Sequence record: NC_041916.1
Reading direction: 5' to 3' (one strand)
Length of the DNA: 64,000 nucleotides
Below, in pieces: positions 36,331 to 47,700 of this stretch (position 1 is the stretch's first letter; each line of letters opens with the position of its first letter). A program made the translations under genes and the position numbers. Below the pieces are notes generated by a model. It did not search any database and was not told the origin of the DNA. It worked only from the letters and a program-made list of their open reading frames with translations.

Positions 36331-38808
36331 TTATTTGAATTTAGCCTTCTGGTTCGCATCAGCAGGTACGGTGATACCTTCTGAGTTCAGCGCGATGACG
36401 TTCGCATTTTTAAACATGCTGGTGTGTGAGAAAAAGTGAGACACCATGAGTATCTGATTTACATCACCACTGGTCGAGATATTTAAAATGTAATCGAACA
36501 AACGTTGTTGGTGGTATGCGTCGAGTTTGACCCCAACCTCATCCAACATCAAAGGGAAGCGGTTCTTTGACTTATAACGAATAAGTATCATACGAAACGC
36601 TAGGTTGATAATGTCTTGTTCCCCACCGCTACAATCGCTGATGTCTTTAGATGGTTTACCGTCCACCGAGTTAATTACGGGGAAGTTGTAATCCAGATCA
36701 CCCTTTTTGTTAACACACGGTAGTATGTACAACGGGGTGGTAAAAACTTGACGAATGTGAGCATTCATATTAGCGCAGACCGTCTTGATGAAATCCTCCA
36801 TCATTTTACCGATCAGGCCTTTATTGGGACAAACGTTATCTTGTAATATTTGTAGTTGGGCTTTTCGTTTCTCGAGTCGTGCGATGTCCAGTTCGATGGA
36901 TTCAATCACCGAAGCTAAACTGCGACCTCGAATCAACATTTGCATGAAGTTGTCTTTAGCGGGTACCCATTCCGCGACAGCTTTGTCCGTAGCTTGTCTT
37001 AACAACCATCTCCCTTGCTCTTTGAACGATGACAAAATGTCCTCTTTCATTATTCCTAGTTGATCTACTTTGTGCTCTCGTGCTGTGATGGATTCCAAAT
37101 GATATTCGATGGTTTCCAATCGCTCGTTAAACGTACGCAACGTACGCTGTTCACTAGCCAAAGAACTTTCCAGTTCCGTCAATTGACGGGTGAGTTCGGT
37201 TATGTCATTACGGCGTAATGAAGCAATGCGTGTCCCTAACGATTCGATCTCAGTTTGATGTTCTTTAATGAGGTTACGACGGGTACGACGCTCCACCGTC
37301 GCTTTAAAAGCATTGATCAAAGGTGAACAATCTTTGTAACCCACACCGTAATCTTTAAGTACGTTCAACACGGTATGTTCGTCGTCACGATACATCCTTG
37401 CTTCTTTAACGACTGGCGTAAGTGTGTTAAAGAACTCCTCGTCGTTTTTCAGCTTAACATCTAAACTACGGTATTCTTCCACCACCAATTTCAGCTGTTG
37501 TTCTAAACGCACCAAGTCTTTACGTTTTTGTTCTACGTCTTTGATGTCGAATCCCGGTTTGAATTCAGTTGCACACTCAGGACACTTCATGTCTTCGGCC
37601 ATATCAAAATGTTTCAAAGCATGACGTAGTTCTTCCACCTCGTATTTTAAGGTGCGACCGTGACCTATGTTCTTCTCCAGTTTTTCTTGGAGGATTTTGT
37701 AACCGAGCAAAGTGACTTTTTCAGAAGACGCTTGCACAACTTGTTCCAGCTTAGGACACAACGTCTCGGACGAAGTCGCTATGATGTCCAGTTGTTCCTC
37801 GGTCAAGTCTGGTAACAAATTACGCACTAAACGATCAGCGTCATTAAAGACTTGTTGGTCATGCTTTTGGAACTCTATCAGTTGAGCTTGTTGTTGCTCC
37901 AACACTTCCGGAGTTTCGTTAACATAGTTGACACCAGACAAGGTTTCCATCAACGAAGCCAATCGAGTACGAATCGCAGTAATGCGGTGTTGCGATTTCT
38001 CCATGATGCGTTTGGTTTGTTCTCGTTTTACGGTGAGTTCTTCGGGACCTTCAATGGTGGTTACGGAACCGATCACGAGTTCTTTGGTCAGCTTGATGAA
38101 CCGGTGAATCATCTCACGAGTTTCTTGTTGAACGTTTTGCTCGTTCGCCAATAATCCGCTGAGCACCATCGCATCTTTAATGCGAGTGTCCAGTTCATTG
38201 ATCTTAACTTCCAGTTCCGCTACGTTAGTTCCGCTTAAGGTTGCCGCTCGTTGGTTTTCCTCAGCCAAACGTTTGTGTTGGTTCTTAATCGCCCCGATGC
38301 TGTTACGCAACTCTGCTTTGATTTTATTGTAGACACTTAACGCGTAACGAGTATCGTTAGGATACATTTCCATGAACAGTTGCTTACGAGCTGCTGTTGA
38401 CAAGGTCGAGAACAAATTGTTGGTTTTAAGACCAGACATGTATTTCACTAACGCCGGTGTTAACCCGAAATAAGTGACACACAATTCACGCTGCACGGTT
38501 AATGTCCCACCAGTGTTCAGTTCTTCTACACCGTTCTTTTTGAATGAGTGAGTGGAGCTAGTCCCGGTGTGTGATTCCAAGATGTAAAATTCTTGAGGTG
38601 ATACAATCCACTTAACGTATTTGTAACCACCTTTTGCGTAATCGGCATTATCAGGTGGTAGTGGATGACATTCTTTAAGGATGCTGGTTTTACCAAATCC
38701 ATTACGACCCATGAAGATGTTCACTAGGTCAGCTAAATCCAAAGTTACTGACTTTGTTCCTTTGGTCAGTAACCCTACGTTATTTTTTAAACGTAATTCT
38801 GCAATCAT
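36331..38808 (-). CDS. sbcC: SbcC/Rad50-like SMC ATPase
   Basis: Walker A GRNGFGKT, long coiled coil with CPEC hook, signature CSGGE, Walker B LMLDE, H-loop VSH. Confidence 0.92.
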   Translation of the reverse strand: MIAELRLKNNVGLLTKGTKSVTLDLADLVNIFMGRNGFGKTSILKECHPLPPDNADYAKGGYKYVKWIVSPQEFYILESHTGTSSTHSFKKNGVEELNTGGTLTVQRELCVTYFGLTPALVKYMSGLKTNNLFSTLSTAARKQLFMEMYPNDTRYALSVYNKIKAELRNSIGAIKNQHKRLAEENQRAATLSGTNVAELEVKINELDTRIKDAMVLSGLLANEQNVQQETREMIHRFIKLTKELVIGSVTTIEGPEELTVKREQTKRIMEKSQHRITAIRTRLASLMETLSGVNYVNETPEVLEQQQAQLIEFQKHDQQVFNDADRLVRNLLPDLTEEQLDIIATSSETLCPKLEQVVQASSEKVTLLGYKILQEKLEKNIGHGRTLKYEVEELRHALKHFDMAEDMKCPECATEFKPGFDIKDVEQKRKDLVRLEQQLKLVVEEYRSLDVKLKNDEEFFNTLTPVVKEARMYRDDEHTVLNVLKDYGVGYKDCSPLINAFKATVERRTRRNLIKEHQTEIESLGTRIASLRRNDITELTRQLTELESSLASEQRTLRTFNERLETIEYHLESITAREHKVDQLGIMKEDILSSFKEQGRWLLRQATDKAVAEWVPAKDNFMQMLIRGRSLASVIESIELDIARLEKRKAQLQILQDNVCPNKGLIGKMMEDFIKTVCANMNAHIRQVFTTPLYILPCVNKKGDLDYNFPVINSVDGKPSKDISDCSGGEQDIINLAFRMILIRYKSKNRFPLMLDEVGVKLDAYHQQRLFDYILNISTSGDVNQILMVSHFFSHTSMFKNANVIALNSEGITVPADANQKAKFK

Positions 38809-38857
38809 CTTATTTACTCTTAAAAACAGTTATCTCTAATCTAATAGGTCCCGTCGT

Positions 38858-39982
38858 ATGAATTTACTGAATTTCGTTGGTGTGGGGACAGTGGTCGAAA
38901 ACAAACCTGAAAAATCTTACTTTGTTAAAGTCACTGTGAAACGTGAGTTCCCCCAAGCTGACGGTGCTGGTTTAGCCAATGCCACACAAGAATCGGTTTC
39001 TAACCCCACGGCAGACGGGGGTTACCAAACCAGTAATGTATTGAAGTCCAACTTCTACATGCCTAAATGGATGCCCTTTAACCCCAACCGCATCACTGCA
39101 CCGGACGTGCGTGTTGGTTCTAAGGTCGCCATCTATAAGTTTGCTGACAACGATCAACTGTACTGGACCACTTGGGGTATCGGTAATGAATCGTTCCGTT
39201 TAGAACACGTGGTGTATGCGTGGAACGCCAATCCTAACTTCGATAAAAATGCACCTTTCAGTTTTGACGATTACTACACACTGGTGTTTTCTACCCGACA
39301 CCAAGAAGTGGTCTTCAAAACCACCCAAGCCAATAAAGAGCCAGTGGCGTACCGTTTAGGGTTCAACACCAAGAACGGGACATGGGCATTAACGGATACT
39401 GAGAAAAATGCGTTTGCCTTAGATTCCTTGAAACACTCTTGGGTGATGCGTAACTGGGAAGGGTCCATCTTCAACATCCATCGTAAGAACATTTCGATGA
39501 TCAACAAAGGAACACAGTTATTCGAAGCGGATGAGTCGATTAACATGAAGACGGATAAGATGTACGTGACTTGTAATGAGTTAACCATGCATGCTCGTGA
39601 TTTCATGAAACTGACGACGAAGGATTATTCCCTAACCACGACGAATACCGTGATGAAGTCTGACTCCTTATCCATCGACACAAGTTCGTTTGACATTAAG
39701 TCTAAAACGGCTAACTGGAAATCCGATTCCATCAGCATCACTTGTCCAACCAACAGCATCAAAGGTAACGTTGGGATACAAGGCAACTTAGGTGTGGCTG
39801 GCGGCATGAGCTGTAGCGCTGGACCGGGTGGTAGTGGTGGTACACTAGTAACATCAGGTGGTATCGTTGCAGATAAGATCGTGGAGTCGAAAGTGGACGT
39901 AGTGGCTGCGGGGATTTCATTGAAGTCTCATACCCATACTGGTAACAAAGGTGCTCCAACTTCTCCACCATTAGGTGCTTAA
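38858..39982 (+). CDS. baseplate central spike / puncturing protein (gpV/gp5-like)
   Basis: N-terminal OB-like region, beta-helix repeats, C-terminal LKSHTHTG metal-binding HxH; position beside SbcC as in phiKZ. Confidence 0.8.
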   Translation: MNLLNFVGVGTVVENKPEKSYFVKVTVKREFPQADGAGLANATQESVSNPTADGGYQTSNVLKSNFYMPKWMPFNPNRITAPDVRVGSKVAIYKFADNDQLYWTTWGIGNESFRLEHVVYAWNANPNFDKNAPFSFDDYYTLVFSTRHQEVVFKTTQANKEPVAYRLGFNTKNGTWALTDTEKNAFALDSLKHSWVMRNWEGSIFNIHRKNISMINKGTQLFEADESINMKTDKMYVTCNELTMHARDFMKLTTKDYSLTTTNTVMKSDSLSIDTSSFDIKSKTANWKSDSISITCPTNSIKGNVGIQGNLGVAGGMSCSAGPGGSGGTLVTSGGIVADKIVESKVDVVAAGISLKSHTHTGNKGAPTSPPLGA

Positions 39983-39986
39983 TAGT

Positions 39987-40021
39987 AATAACTCCTACCT
40001 CCGCAAGGAGGTAGGAGTTAT
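39987..40021. terminator. bidirectional terminator, GCAA tetraloop (CTACC family)
   Basis: ATAACTCCTACCTCC-GCAA-GGAGGTAGGAGTTAT between convergent genes. Confidence 0.85.
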
Positions 40022-40027
40022 ATTTAC

Positions 40028-42538
40028 TTATGTGATTTTTAAATCAACGGTTCCGTTGGTTTCTACTATGGCGTAAAGCTGACCACGTTCAACAGGAACT
40101 CCACTCACCAACACAGACACAACACCATTGGTTAGGGTGAGGTAGATGTATTGTTTTGTGTTAGGTGTGTAACGTGCCACTAAGCCCGGTGGAATGTCAA
40201 ATGGGTCGCCATTGACCTCCATTCGTGTACCCGGTTCAATTGCCAACAACCCCGTGGTGTTAAACTCACCAGCGTAACGGTCCACACTCACCCCATAATA
40301 GTTAGAGTACTCGCCCTTACCCGGTTCCACACGTTTAGGGATACAAGGTCCGCTTAACGTCATCACTACCGGAGCAAAATCAATTAACCCTGCTTTATCC
40401 GGTTGTGGAACGTATTTGATCACCGAACCAATGTTACCGTTGTTGAGACGGAATTCAAAAATACCCGGTACGTGTTTAAATGGGTTTTGAATTACCACAT
40501 GACATTCTTCATTATGGAAATGGACATAGAAGTCTGTCATTAACCAACGTCGGTTATTGGACACGTGTTTGAAAGCAGGTTCACTTTCATTAAGAACACT
40601 TCGGTCACCTACACGAGTTAAGTGGTATTCCCCATTCACCGTTAATTTCACGTCCAAGTAAGCAACGTCTAAATAACGAAGATGATCAGCACGGATTTCC
40701 AGACCGTGTAATTGCTCACCGTCTTGCATAACCACCAAAGCGGTGTAACCTAAACCACCACGGAAGTCTAACCACTCTTGATGTTCCGCTTTAAACGTCT
40801 CTAAATCCTCAGGGACGATGTAACCCGGTTTCCCGTAGATATCGCCACCTACTTTACCACGAGCGTCTAGGACTCCTTGGTAGTCGTTCTCATTCGACCA
40901 AACCGTGCCTGCTAACCCCACCTTACCATTTGACTGGATGGTGTTGACGTATTCACGAGACAACATAGTACGTTCTGCCATCGGGAAAATGAGTACAGGG
41001 TGATTGAATCGGAAGTTGTTCCCACCGACACCCACTTTGCCGTCGTAATGACACAAATAGTGAGACCAATCCCCATCCGCGTGAACTTGCCCATTGATGA
41101 CCGTGTGATCATTGGTCAACAACATTCGACCCAAGCTGTTTCCTAATGGAGAATAATGTCGGTTAGTGACCAGACGTTGTTCCGTCAAAATAGAGCCTGC
41201 GAGCAACTCTTCTCGACTATCCAATAAGTCTCGGAAACTGGTGTGTGGGTACGAGTGTTCCAAGAAGTAAGTGCGATGACCGTAATGACGACCGCTGATG
41301 TGTCCGCCTGTCGATTTGATTACACCACGACCGTAGACCGGATGGAACGCATGGTTGTCTGGCAATACATCCAAGAGATCGTCTTTATATGGATGCAATG
41401 TCAACGTGCATGCATTAGCACTGTAATTCCCTTCCCAACGGAACACATAAAGATTAGTGATACCATCAACGTTGAGATGAACCAACAAGAACATCGTCAG
41501 CTGATTCAAATCTTCATCGTGTTCTAAACCACCGTAGACTTTACCTTCGTGTAGGACCGTCACGGCTTTACCCGGGAAATACTCATCCCAAGGTACCGTG
41601 ACGATTTGGTCATTCATCACACGACCGTTTACCGTGAACGTAAAGGTGTCGTCGAAAGACAGTTTATTACCGAAGACGACTTTACGTAATCCCAGAGCAA
41701 TCCCTTGGTCGTAAGCGTAACACGTTGCACCATAGCCTGTTTGTAGATCGTTGTTGATCTCTAACCAAGCTAACTCTTTAGCCAAACTGCCCGCGGTTCC
41801 CGGAGCCGTAAAGGAGAGCGGTTGATGCTGATGGTAGTCGTCCAACAAAAAGTACTCATTGGTCGATTCGCGTTTAAGCGTTTTACTACCCCATCCGTAA
41901 GCAGTGATGTCACTGTCAGTTACCCCCAGACTCACACCTTCCACCACGCTGTGGTTTTGAATGTAAGGCAAGGTTGGTAAATAAGTGATACCTGACTTAA
42001 CGTTAACCGGACCAATTACTCCGCCGTGGTAAACCACTGGTGTGAAATCTTTCCATTCATCCACGAAGTCAGTGTCTTTGATCCCACGTGCATCAAACAA
42101 CGTATCTAAGTGCAAATTGTTCTTAGTGTAGAAGTCGTTACCACGAGCCAGTACTCTTGGGTCCTCGTCATACTGCCATTGTTGTAAAGCATCGGTCAGT
42201 GCTTGCGGATCCAGATACGTTTTCCATCCGTCACCCGTCAAGATGTTTTCTGAGGAACCAAAGGGGAAGTCGTTTACCATTTGCAACCCTAGGGTGGAGA
42301 GGTTTTCTCCGTGCTTCAATCCCTTGGTGTTGATATGGTCTTCTAGTTGTCGTTCTAAGTTCCCGTAATCACGGTCACGTTGAGCACTGATACGGTCAAC
42401 CACTTTGTTGACTTTCTCATCAGTCTGTCTTAATTGCTCCGCACGCTTCGCCATAATCAAAGCGAGCTGGCTGTAGACATGACCAATCTCTACGGAGTCC
42501 TGAGGTTTGCCCGGGATACCTCCATTAATGACTTTCAT
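40028..42538 (-). CDS. tail fibre/baseplate protein
   Basis: 836 aa; H..KH..LGL.MVNDFP trimer-type motif shared with neighbours; beta-rich body. Confidence 0.75.
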   Translation of the reverse strand: MKVINGGIPGKPQDSVEIGHVYSQLALIMAKRAEQLRQTDEKVNKVVDRISAQRDRDYGNLERQLEDHINTKGLKHGENLSTLGLQMVNDFPFGSSENILTGDGWKTYLDPQALTDALQQWQYDEDPRVLARGNDFYTKNNLHLDTLFDARGIKDTDFVDEWKDFTPVVYHGGVIGPVNVKSGITYLPTLPYIQNHSVVEGVSLGVTDSDITAYGWGSKTLKRESTNEYFLLDDYHQHQPLSFTAPGTAGSLAKELAWLEINNDLQTGYGATCYAYDQGIALGLRKVVFGNKLSFDDTFTFTVNGRVMNDQIVTVPWDEYFPGKAVTVLHEGKVYGGLEHDEDLNQLTMFLLVHLNVDGITNLYVFRWEGNYSANACTLTLHPYKDDLLDVLPDNHAFHPVYGRGVIKSTGGHISGRHYGHRTYFLEHSYPHTSFRDLLDSREELLAGSILTEQRLVTNRHYSPLGNSLGRMLLTNDHTVINGQVHADGDWSHYLCHYDGKVGVGGNNFRFNHPVLIFPMAERTMLSREYVNTIQSNGKVGLAGTVWSNENDYQGVLDARGKVGGDIYGKPGYIVPEDLETFKAEHQEWLDFRGGLGYTALVVMQDGEQLHGLEIRADHLRYLDVAYLDVKLTVNGEYHLTRVGDRSVLNESEPAFKHVSNNRRWLMTDFYVHFHNEECHVVIQNPFKHVPGIFEFRLNNGNIGSVIKYVPQPDKAGLIDFAPVVMTLSGPCIPKRVEPGKGEYSNYYGVSVDRYAGEFNTTGLLAIEPGTRMEVNGDPFDIPPGLVARYTPNTKQYIYLTLTNGVVSVLVSGVPVERGQLYAIVETNGTVDLKIT

Positions 42539-44760
42539 TAATTGTCCTCACTTAATGTAACCTTGGTGATACCAGCTGCCGTGTAATCCGCTTTGGCAAT
42601 GATAGCCGAGTGACCGATGCCCTGATCACTGTCACTTACCCAACTGCGGAGTTTACCACCAACATACCCAACATGGACGTAGATTGACCCTGTTGAACCG
42701 GCAACGATGTGATTGCGTATATCCCAGATGTTACGTTTGATGTTAACACGTTTACCCATGTAGACCATGTCAGTGTCCGTCAACACCCCGAAGTGCCAAG
42801 AAGATACTTGAGCAGGTAAGCCGATCAAACGCTTCTCAACAATCCCACCTTTGACCTTTCTGCCAATGTTGCTTAGGTAGAGATCGAACAGATTATCATA
42901 ACCTGTTGGTAAGCGACGGATAACACCATTGTTGCCATTTAAGTGCATGGTCCCGGTTAATCCGAAGTGAGCGTCAGGGTAATCTGCATTCATACGTTTA
43001 ACGTAATCAGCCAACACCGTATCGAACGAATCGATCTCGATTACAGTTTTGTACACCTTAGCGTTAGAACCGCTTAGATTGCGATACAGCGTGTTATCGT
43101 CCAAACTGAAAGACCACGACATTTCTATCGGTAACGTATGACCGTTCACCACCATTGCTTTAATGATCTTAATAAAGAACGAGTTTTGTTTACGTAAATC
43201 ATCGTCCCCTGTTAAGACAGTCATATGACCCGTAAAGGTAGGTGTCACATCACTGACAAAAGAGTGATGATACGTTCGGTAAGCACCACCGCCTCCTTTC
43301 ACCACATCGATCAATGGTAAGGTCGTTACTGGGTTACTCACAATCCCGTCAGCGTCTTCCACACCAACCGACATAGGGTTCATAACCAGCGTCGTCGTTG
43401 GGGAAAGTGCAGTCATCTTAGCCGCATACAGTTTGTATTCCGCATCGTTGGTATTCGGAACTGAAGCCAGTAACAAGACATGGTTACCAACCGAGAAGAA
43501 CCAACTGCGAGTTCGCCAAGCTGCACCAATGTCCGCGTTGACCTTACTCATGTCTAACTTAACACAATCTTTCTGATCTCGATTCAAGACCGAATCCGGG
43601 TTAGGGTAGAACAACGCACTCAAGTCTTCTGAGTGGTGGGTAACCGCGTAACCTTTACCAATAACACGAAGGGTACGGTCCATAGGGAGATCTCGTCCGC
43701 CTACTTGAGGATAGACCGGAGCCAAGTCGTAAGTGACTTGCAGGAGTTCGGCGTCGTCATCAGTTAACCAAATCCCCGTAGGAGCTTGGTCGTCCGCTGC
43801 CGCGACGATGTAACGCATGTCCCCGTTCATGTATTTGCGAACCCCACCTAAGGTCAGTGTCTCGATGTTTTGTTCACGAGTCACCCCAACACTTCGAGGA
43901 GGAGCAGTGTAACTCAATCGACCTGCCGCAACGTGCCCCGGACTAATGCGTCGTTTTTGTTGGACGGTATTCAACAACCCACGAGGAGTGGTGAATGAAA
44001 CCGGGTTCACTCCACTCAAGTCTTCCGAAGCGTTACTCAACGGATAGTTAGGAATGTGCTTGAGTTCAAAATCATCACGAACTAAACGGTGTGGGTTACC
44101 GTAATCCTGATCGTGGTCATCCAACATGTCCCAGAACGCACGATGGCGTAATGTAAAGTCACGTTCAGCACGATCAATCTTGGTTTCGTTTTCCACCCAG
44201 TGATCTTTACGACCACGGACCACCATCTCTAATTGCATGTCAGCGAACGCGATAAACTGGTCCCAGTTAGCCACTTCGTTCGCTACGTCATGCCAGTGTT
44301 GGTACGCTGGTAGCGTTTCTGGTTTTCCTAAGACCTGTGTTTCCCAATCCACCCAGTATTCACTGTGGATGAGTTCATTGGTCATCTTACCGATAAGTGA
44401 ACGAGGGAAACCCGTGTTCCCCACACTACGGTACTTGATACGAAAACTCTTTTTGTTGTTGAGTGCGGTATTCAAAATACGGAAGAACAAGTAAACGGGT
44501 TTACCAGTGTCTTTTAAAAGCGTATCGTTTAATGTTTCGAATACGTAGTCTTTGTTCTTACGCAACAACTCACCGTTGCCATCATAAAGCTCAAAGTCTT
44601 TCTCGTAGAAAGGCGCGTAATCAGGACGATACCAGTCACGAGTACGGACGGTAACCGGCTGTGTCTCATCAATGTAGTTGTCTGGATTTTCTGCTCGTAA
44701 ATCCAGCTGCAACAGTTTTACCTTTTCCATAGTTGCCTCTGTTAGGGTGGGTTTCCCCAC
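42538..44760 (-). CDS. tail fibre/baseplate protein
   Basis: 740 aa; N-terminal P.YAPFY..DF.L..GKPETLPAYQHWH and YGNPH motifs shared with paralogues. Confidence 0.8.
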   Translation of the reverse strand: MGKPTLTEATMEKVKLLQLDLRAENPDNYIDETQPVTVRTRDWYRPDYAPFYEKDFELYDGNGELLRKNKDYVFETLNDTLLKDTGKPVYLFFRILNTALNNKKSFRIKYRSVGNTGFPRSLIGKMTNELIHSEYWVDWETQVLGKPETLPAYQHWHDVANEVANWDQFIAFADMQLEMVVRGRKDHWVENETKIDRAERDFTLRHRAFWDMLDDHDQDYGNPHRLVRDDFELKHIPNYPLSNASEDLSGVNPVSFTTPRGLLNTVQQKRRISPGHVAAGRLSYTAPPRSVGVTREQNIETLTLGGVRKYMNGDMRYIVAAADDQAPTGIWLTDDDAELLQVTYDLAPVYPQVGGRDLPMDRTLRVIGKGYAVTHHSEDLSALFYPNPDSVLNRDQKDCVKLDMSKVNADIGAAWRTRSWFFSVGNHVLLLASVPNTNDAEYKLYAAKMTALSPTTTLVMNPMSVGVEDADGIVSNPVTTLPLIDVVKGGGGAYRTYHHSFVSDVTPTFTGHMTVLTGDDDLRKQNSFFIKIIKAMVVNGHTLPIEMSWSFSLDDNTLYRNLSGSNAKVYKTVIEIDSFDTVLADYVKRMNADYPDAHFGLTGTMHLNGNNGVIRRLPTGYDNLFDLYLSNIGRKVKGGIVEKRLIGLPAQVSSWHFGVLTDTDMVYMGKRVNIKRNIWDIRNHIVAGSTGSIYVHVGYVGGKLRSWVSDSDQGIGHSAIIAKADYTAAGITKVTLSEDN

Positions 44761-44768
44761 CCGTATGA

Positions 44769-47700
44769 TTATTTAATCCCGTTGGCGTTCAGAGTCACGG
44801 TATCCACTACCACCACCCCGTCGTTAACCACGTTACCTTTTACCGCCCACAAATAAGGACCGTGATAACCGGTTTCCATTACGACGGTGTAAGTGACTTC
44901 TCCTTGCGGTGGGGTCAGCGAACGGAAATCGTAATTCAACCAACCAAGGTCGATCAACTGTTGGTGTTCACCTAAGCTAATGTTCGGTGGGTAGTAAGTA
45001 AAGTGTTGGGTATCCAACACCGTGTTTAAGCCAGCCATCGGAAGATTGCCCGAGACTTTATTCGGAACCGACGGTAAGTTAGGAGGGGTTACCCCCACGT
45101 TCAACAAACCTTTCATTTGTTGCTGTTTAGGGATGTCAGTGTTCACCCAACCCAGTTCATCGGTCAAATAAGTATTGACCGGCGTCTTAACTCCATTAAT
45201 GGAAACGAGAGACTGGATAGTGCTGTTGGCGTTGACGGTCAACACACTATTTAGGTTAACGTGTTCGTATTCATCCCCGGCTTGTGTCTTAGGACACATA
45301 ACCACAGTCAAAACACCCTGAGCGTCTTTGTAAGCGTTAACAGACCCTGCATGCAATGTGACTTCAGGATTTGGAATTAACGCCGCCTTGATACCGTATG
45401 GGAGTGTGTGAGTGGTGATCTTGTTCGTATGACTCATTAGGGTTTCGGCACCCAATACTGTCACTGGAATATAGTCAAGGTATTCGTCCACTCGACTGTA
45501 GACTCCGTCTACCATAGTAAACACGTGTACCGTGGTACGAACTTCAGACGCAACCAAACGATCAACATACATTAAGTCAGGGAATCCGTGTGCTCGACCA
45601 GACACGAAGGTCCAATGATCACTAGGAAGAATGCCGAACAAATCTAAAAACGCTTTGGTAGGTTTAAAGTAATGCTGACTCTTAATCCCCTTATTACTAA
45701 CGATGGAGTAAAGTGACAGGTACGGTTTCTTACTCGTCTTGCTTAGGACAGACATCAAGAAGTCGGTACCCATGGTGCTCAAATAAGTGCCAGCACACAA
45801 ATCCGTATCCATCCCTTCTACCTTAGTAATGGTTCCTCCGAACCCGGGTGTTTGATGAGCGGTTCCCAACACCGTACGGTTCCCAACATCATCAAACTCA
45901 GTCTTAACAAACCACGAACGTTGACCGTCCACACCCCAACCTTTAAATAAGGTGGTACGACCTTGTTTCTCCGAAGTTGCCATCACGCCATAATAAGGCT
46001 GAACCCCATTAGGGTGATTCACATCTAAAGGTAGCACAGGTTTTGTAATGCGAACACCACATCGGTCAGTATCCCAAGGTGTACCCACATCCAAATACCA
46101 TTGACGACCAATGGATTCAACACTGTAAAGTTCAGGCATGAACGTGTAACCGTAGGTACTGCCTTCATCTGGAGCAGCATAACCGAATCCAAAGAAGCCT
46201 TCGCAATCCATCATTACCACGGACCCACTTAGGTTACCCATGGTGACCGGGAATTGACACGCAATCTGTTCAAAGTAGTTGTTGGCATCCGGGACAGGAC
46301 GGAACAGTAAATCAGTTTGAACATAAGGACGAGAACGAGTGTCAGTAAAAGTCAGGGTTACTTTACGAGTAGCATGATTCACTTGACACTTCGCCATGTG
46401 AGCGTGACTGTAACGACGAGTTACCCCATTGTAGGTGAATGCCTCAGGCAGAATGAATTCGACGTGCAGAAGTCCATCCACGAACGTTGGGAGCAAAACA
46501 ATACGTTGACGTTCATCAACCAGATCTACCCCTTTAGAGAAAACCATATCACCAGACGTGTATTTACCACCAGTAAACCCGCGAGGGAATAACAACACTT
46601 TACCAGAGTCGTTACGAGCGGTGTTGTCGTTCAAGGTTTTGTAAGAGAACGTGTATTCACTTAATGCTAACTGACTGACGTCCGCTAACTTCACCATGTA
46701 CCAAATCAAGGTCGGGTTCTTTAAGTAGTCGCTGGTGCGAGTTAACCACACGTGATCATCGATGACCGTCATTTGGTACGAAGACCAGTTCTCAGCGAAA
46801 TCACCAGAGACCAAGAGTTCGATCACTTTAGGAGTAAGGTCGGAGCGATGTGTCTCCGCAATGCGACAATACCAACGGTCTTTGGTACCCACGATGTGAC
46901 AACGACCAGTCCCACCCGGAATCATACGAGTAACTGGTTCGTTCACCCCTTCTAACTGGAAAGGAATGTGGGTGTTCTTCCATTGACATTCTGCCAACAA
47001 AGAGTTGAGGTCTAATGGGTTAGGGTTAACGACGTGATTGATTGCACTACCTTGCTCATCCCAAAACTCACCCAGACCGTATCCCTTACCATCTTCACCA
47101 ATCCAGCAGCTGACCTTTAAATCACCCAAGCCAGTCGCGATTCGATTAATGCGCAGGTGATTCGTATCACCAACTAACGCCAGTTTAGAAAACTGTGGGA
47201 CAACGTGGTCTTCTACGGAAATCCCTTGTGCTTTGATAACACGATGGGCGTGGGCTGATAATGTGCGGTGCTGTTCTGATACTCCTAAATCCACTTCTCT
47301 TAATGTCGCTGTTTTAACAGGGTCGATCAAATCTAACCCCGGGACTTTTCGAGACGTAGTGCGGTGAGGATCATCATGATGAGCGTAATGTTTATTGGTG
47401 TAGTAGTTCATCATGGTGCGGTACGGTATCATGTATGATTCTAGGTTACTTAACTGACCTAAGAACCAATCACGATAAGGAACCATTTCAGAAGTACCAA
47501 ATAACGTATCCAAACGCTCTTGATAGAAACGAACCAATCGCTGGAAGTAATAGAACCCCGAGGCTAAATCGTGACCGTGGAGTTTTGGAATCCAGTGTTC
47601 TGGACGTTCTAAGATTTGATCAAACCAAACTGGACGTTGGTCGATGGCTGCGGATTCATACCAAGACTTCGTAGTCTTAGTTAAAGCAGGAACCGTCCCC

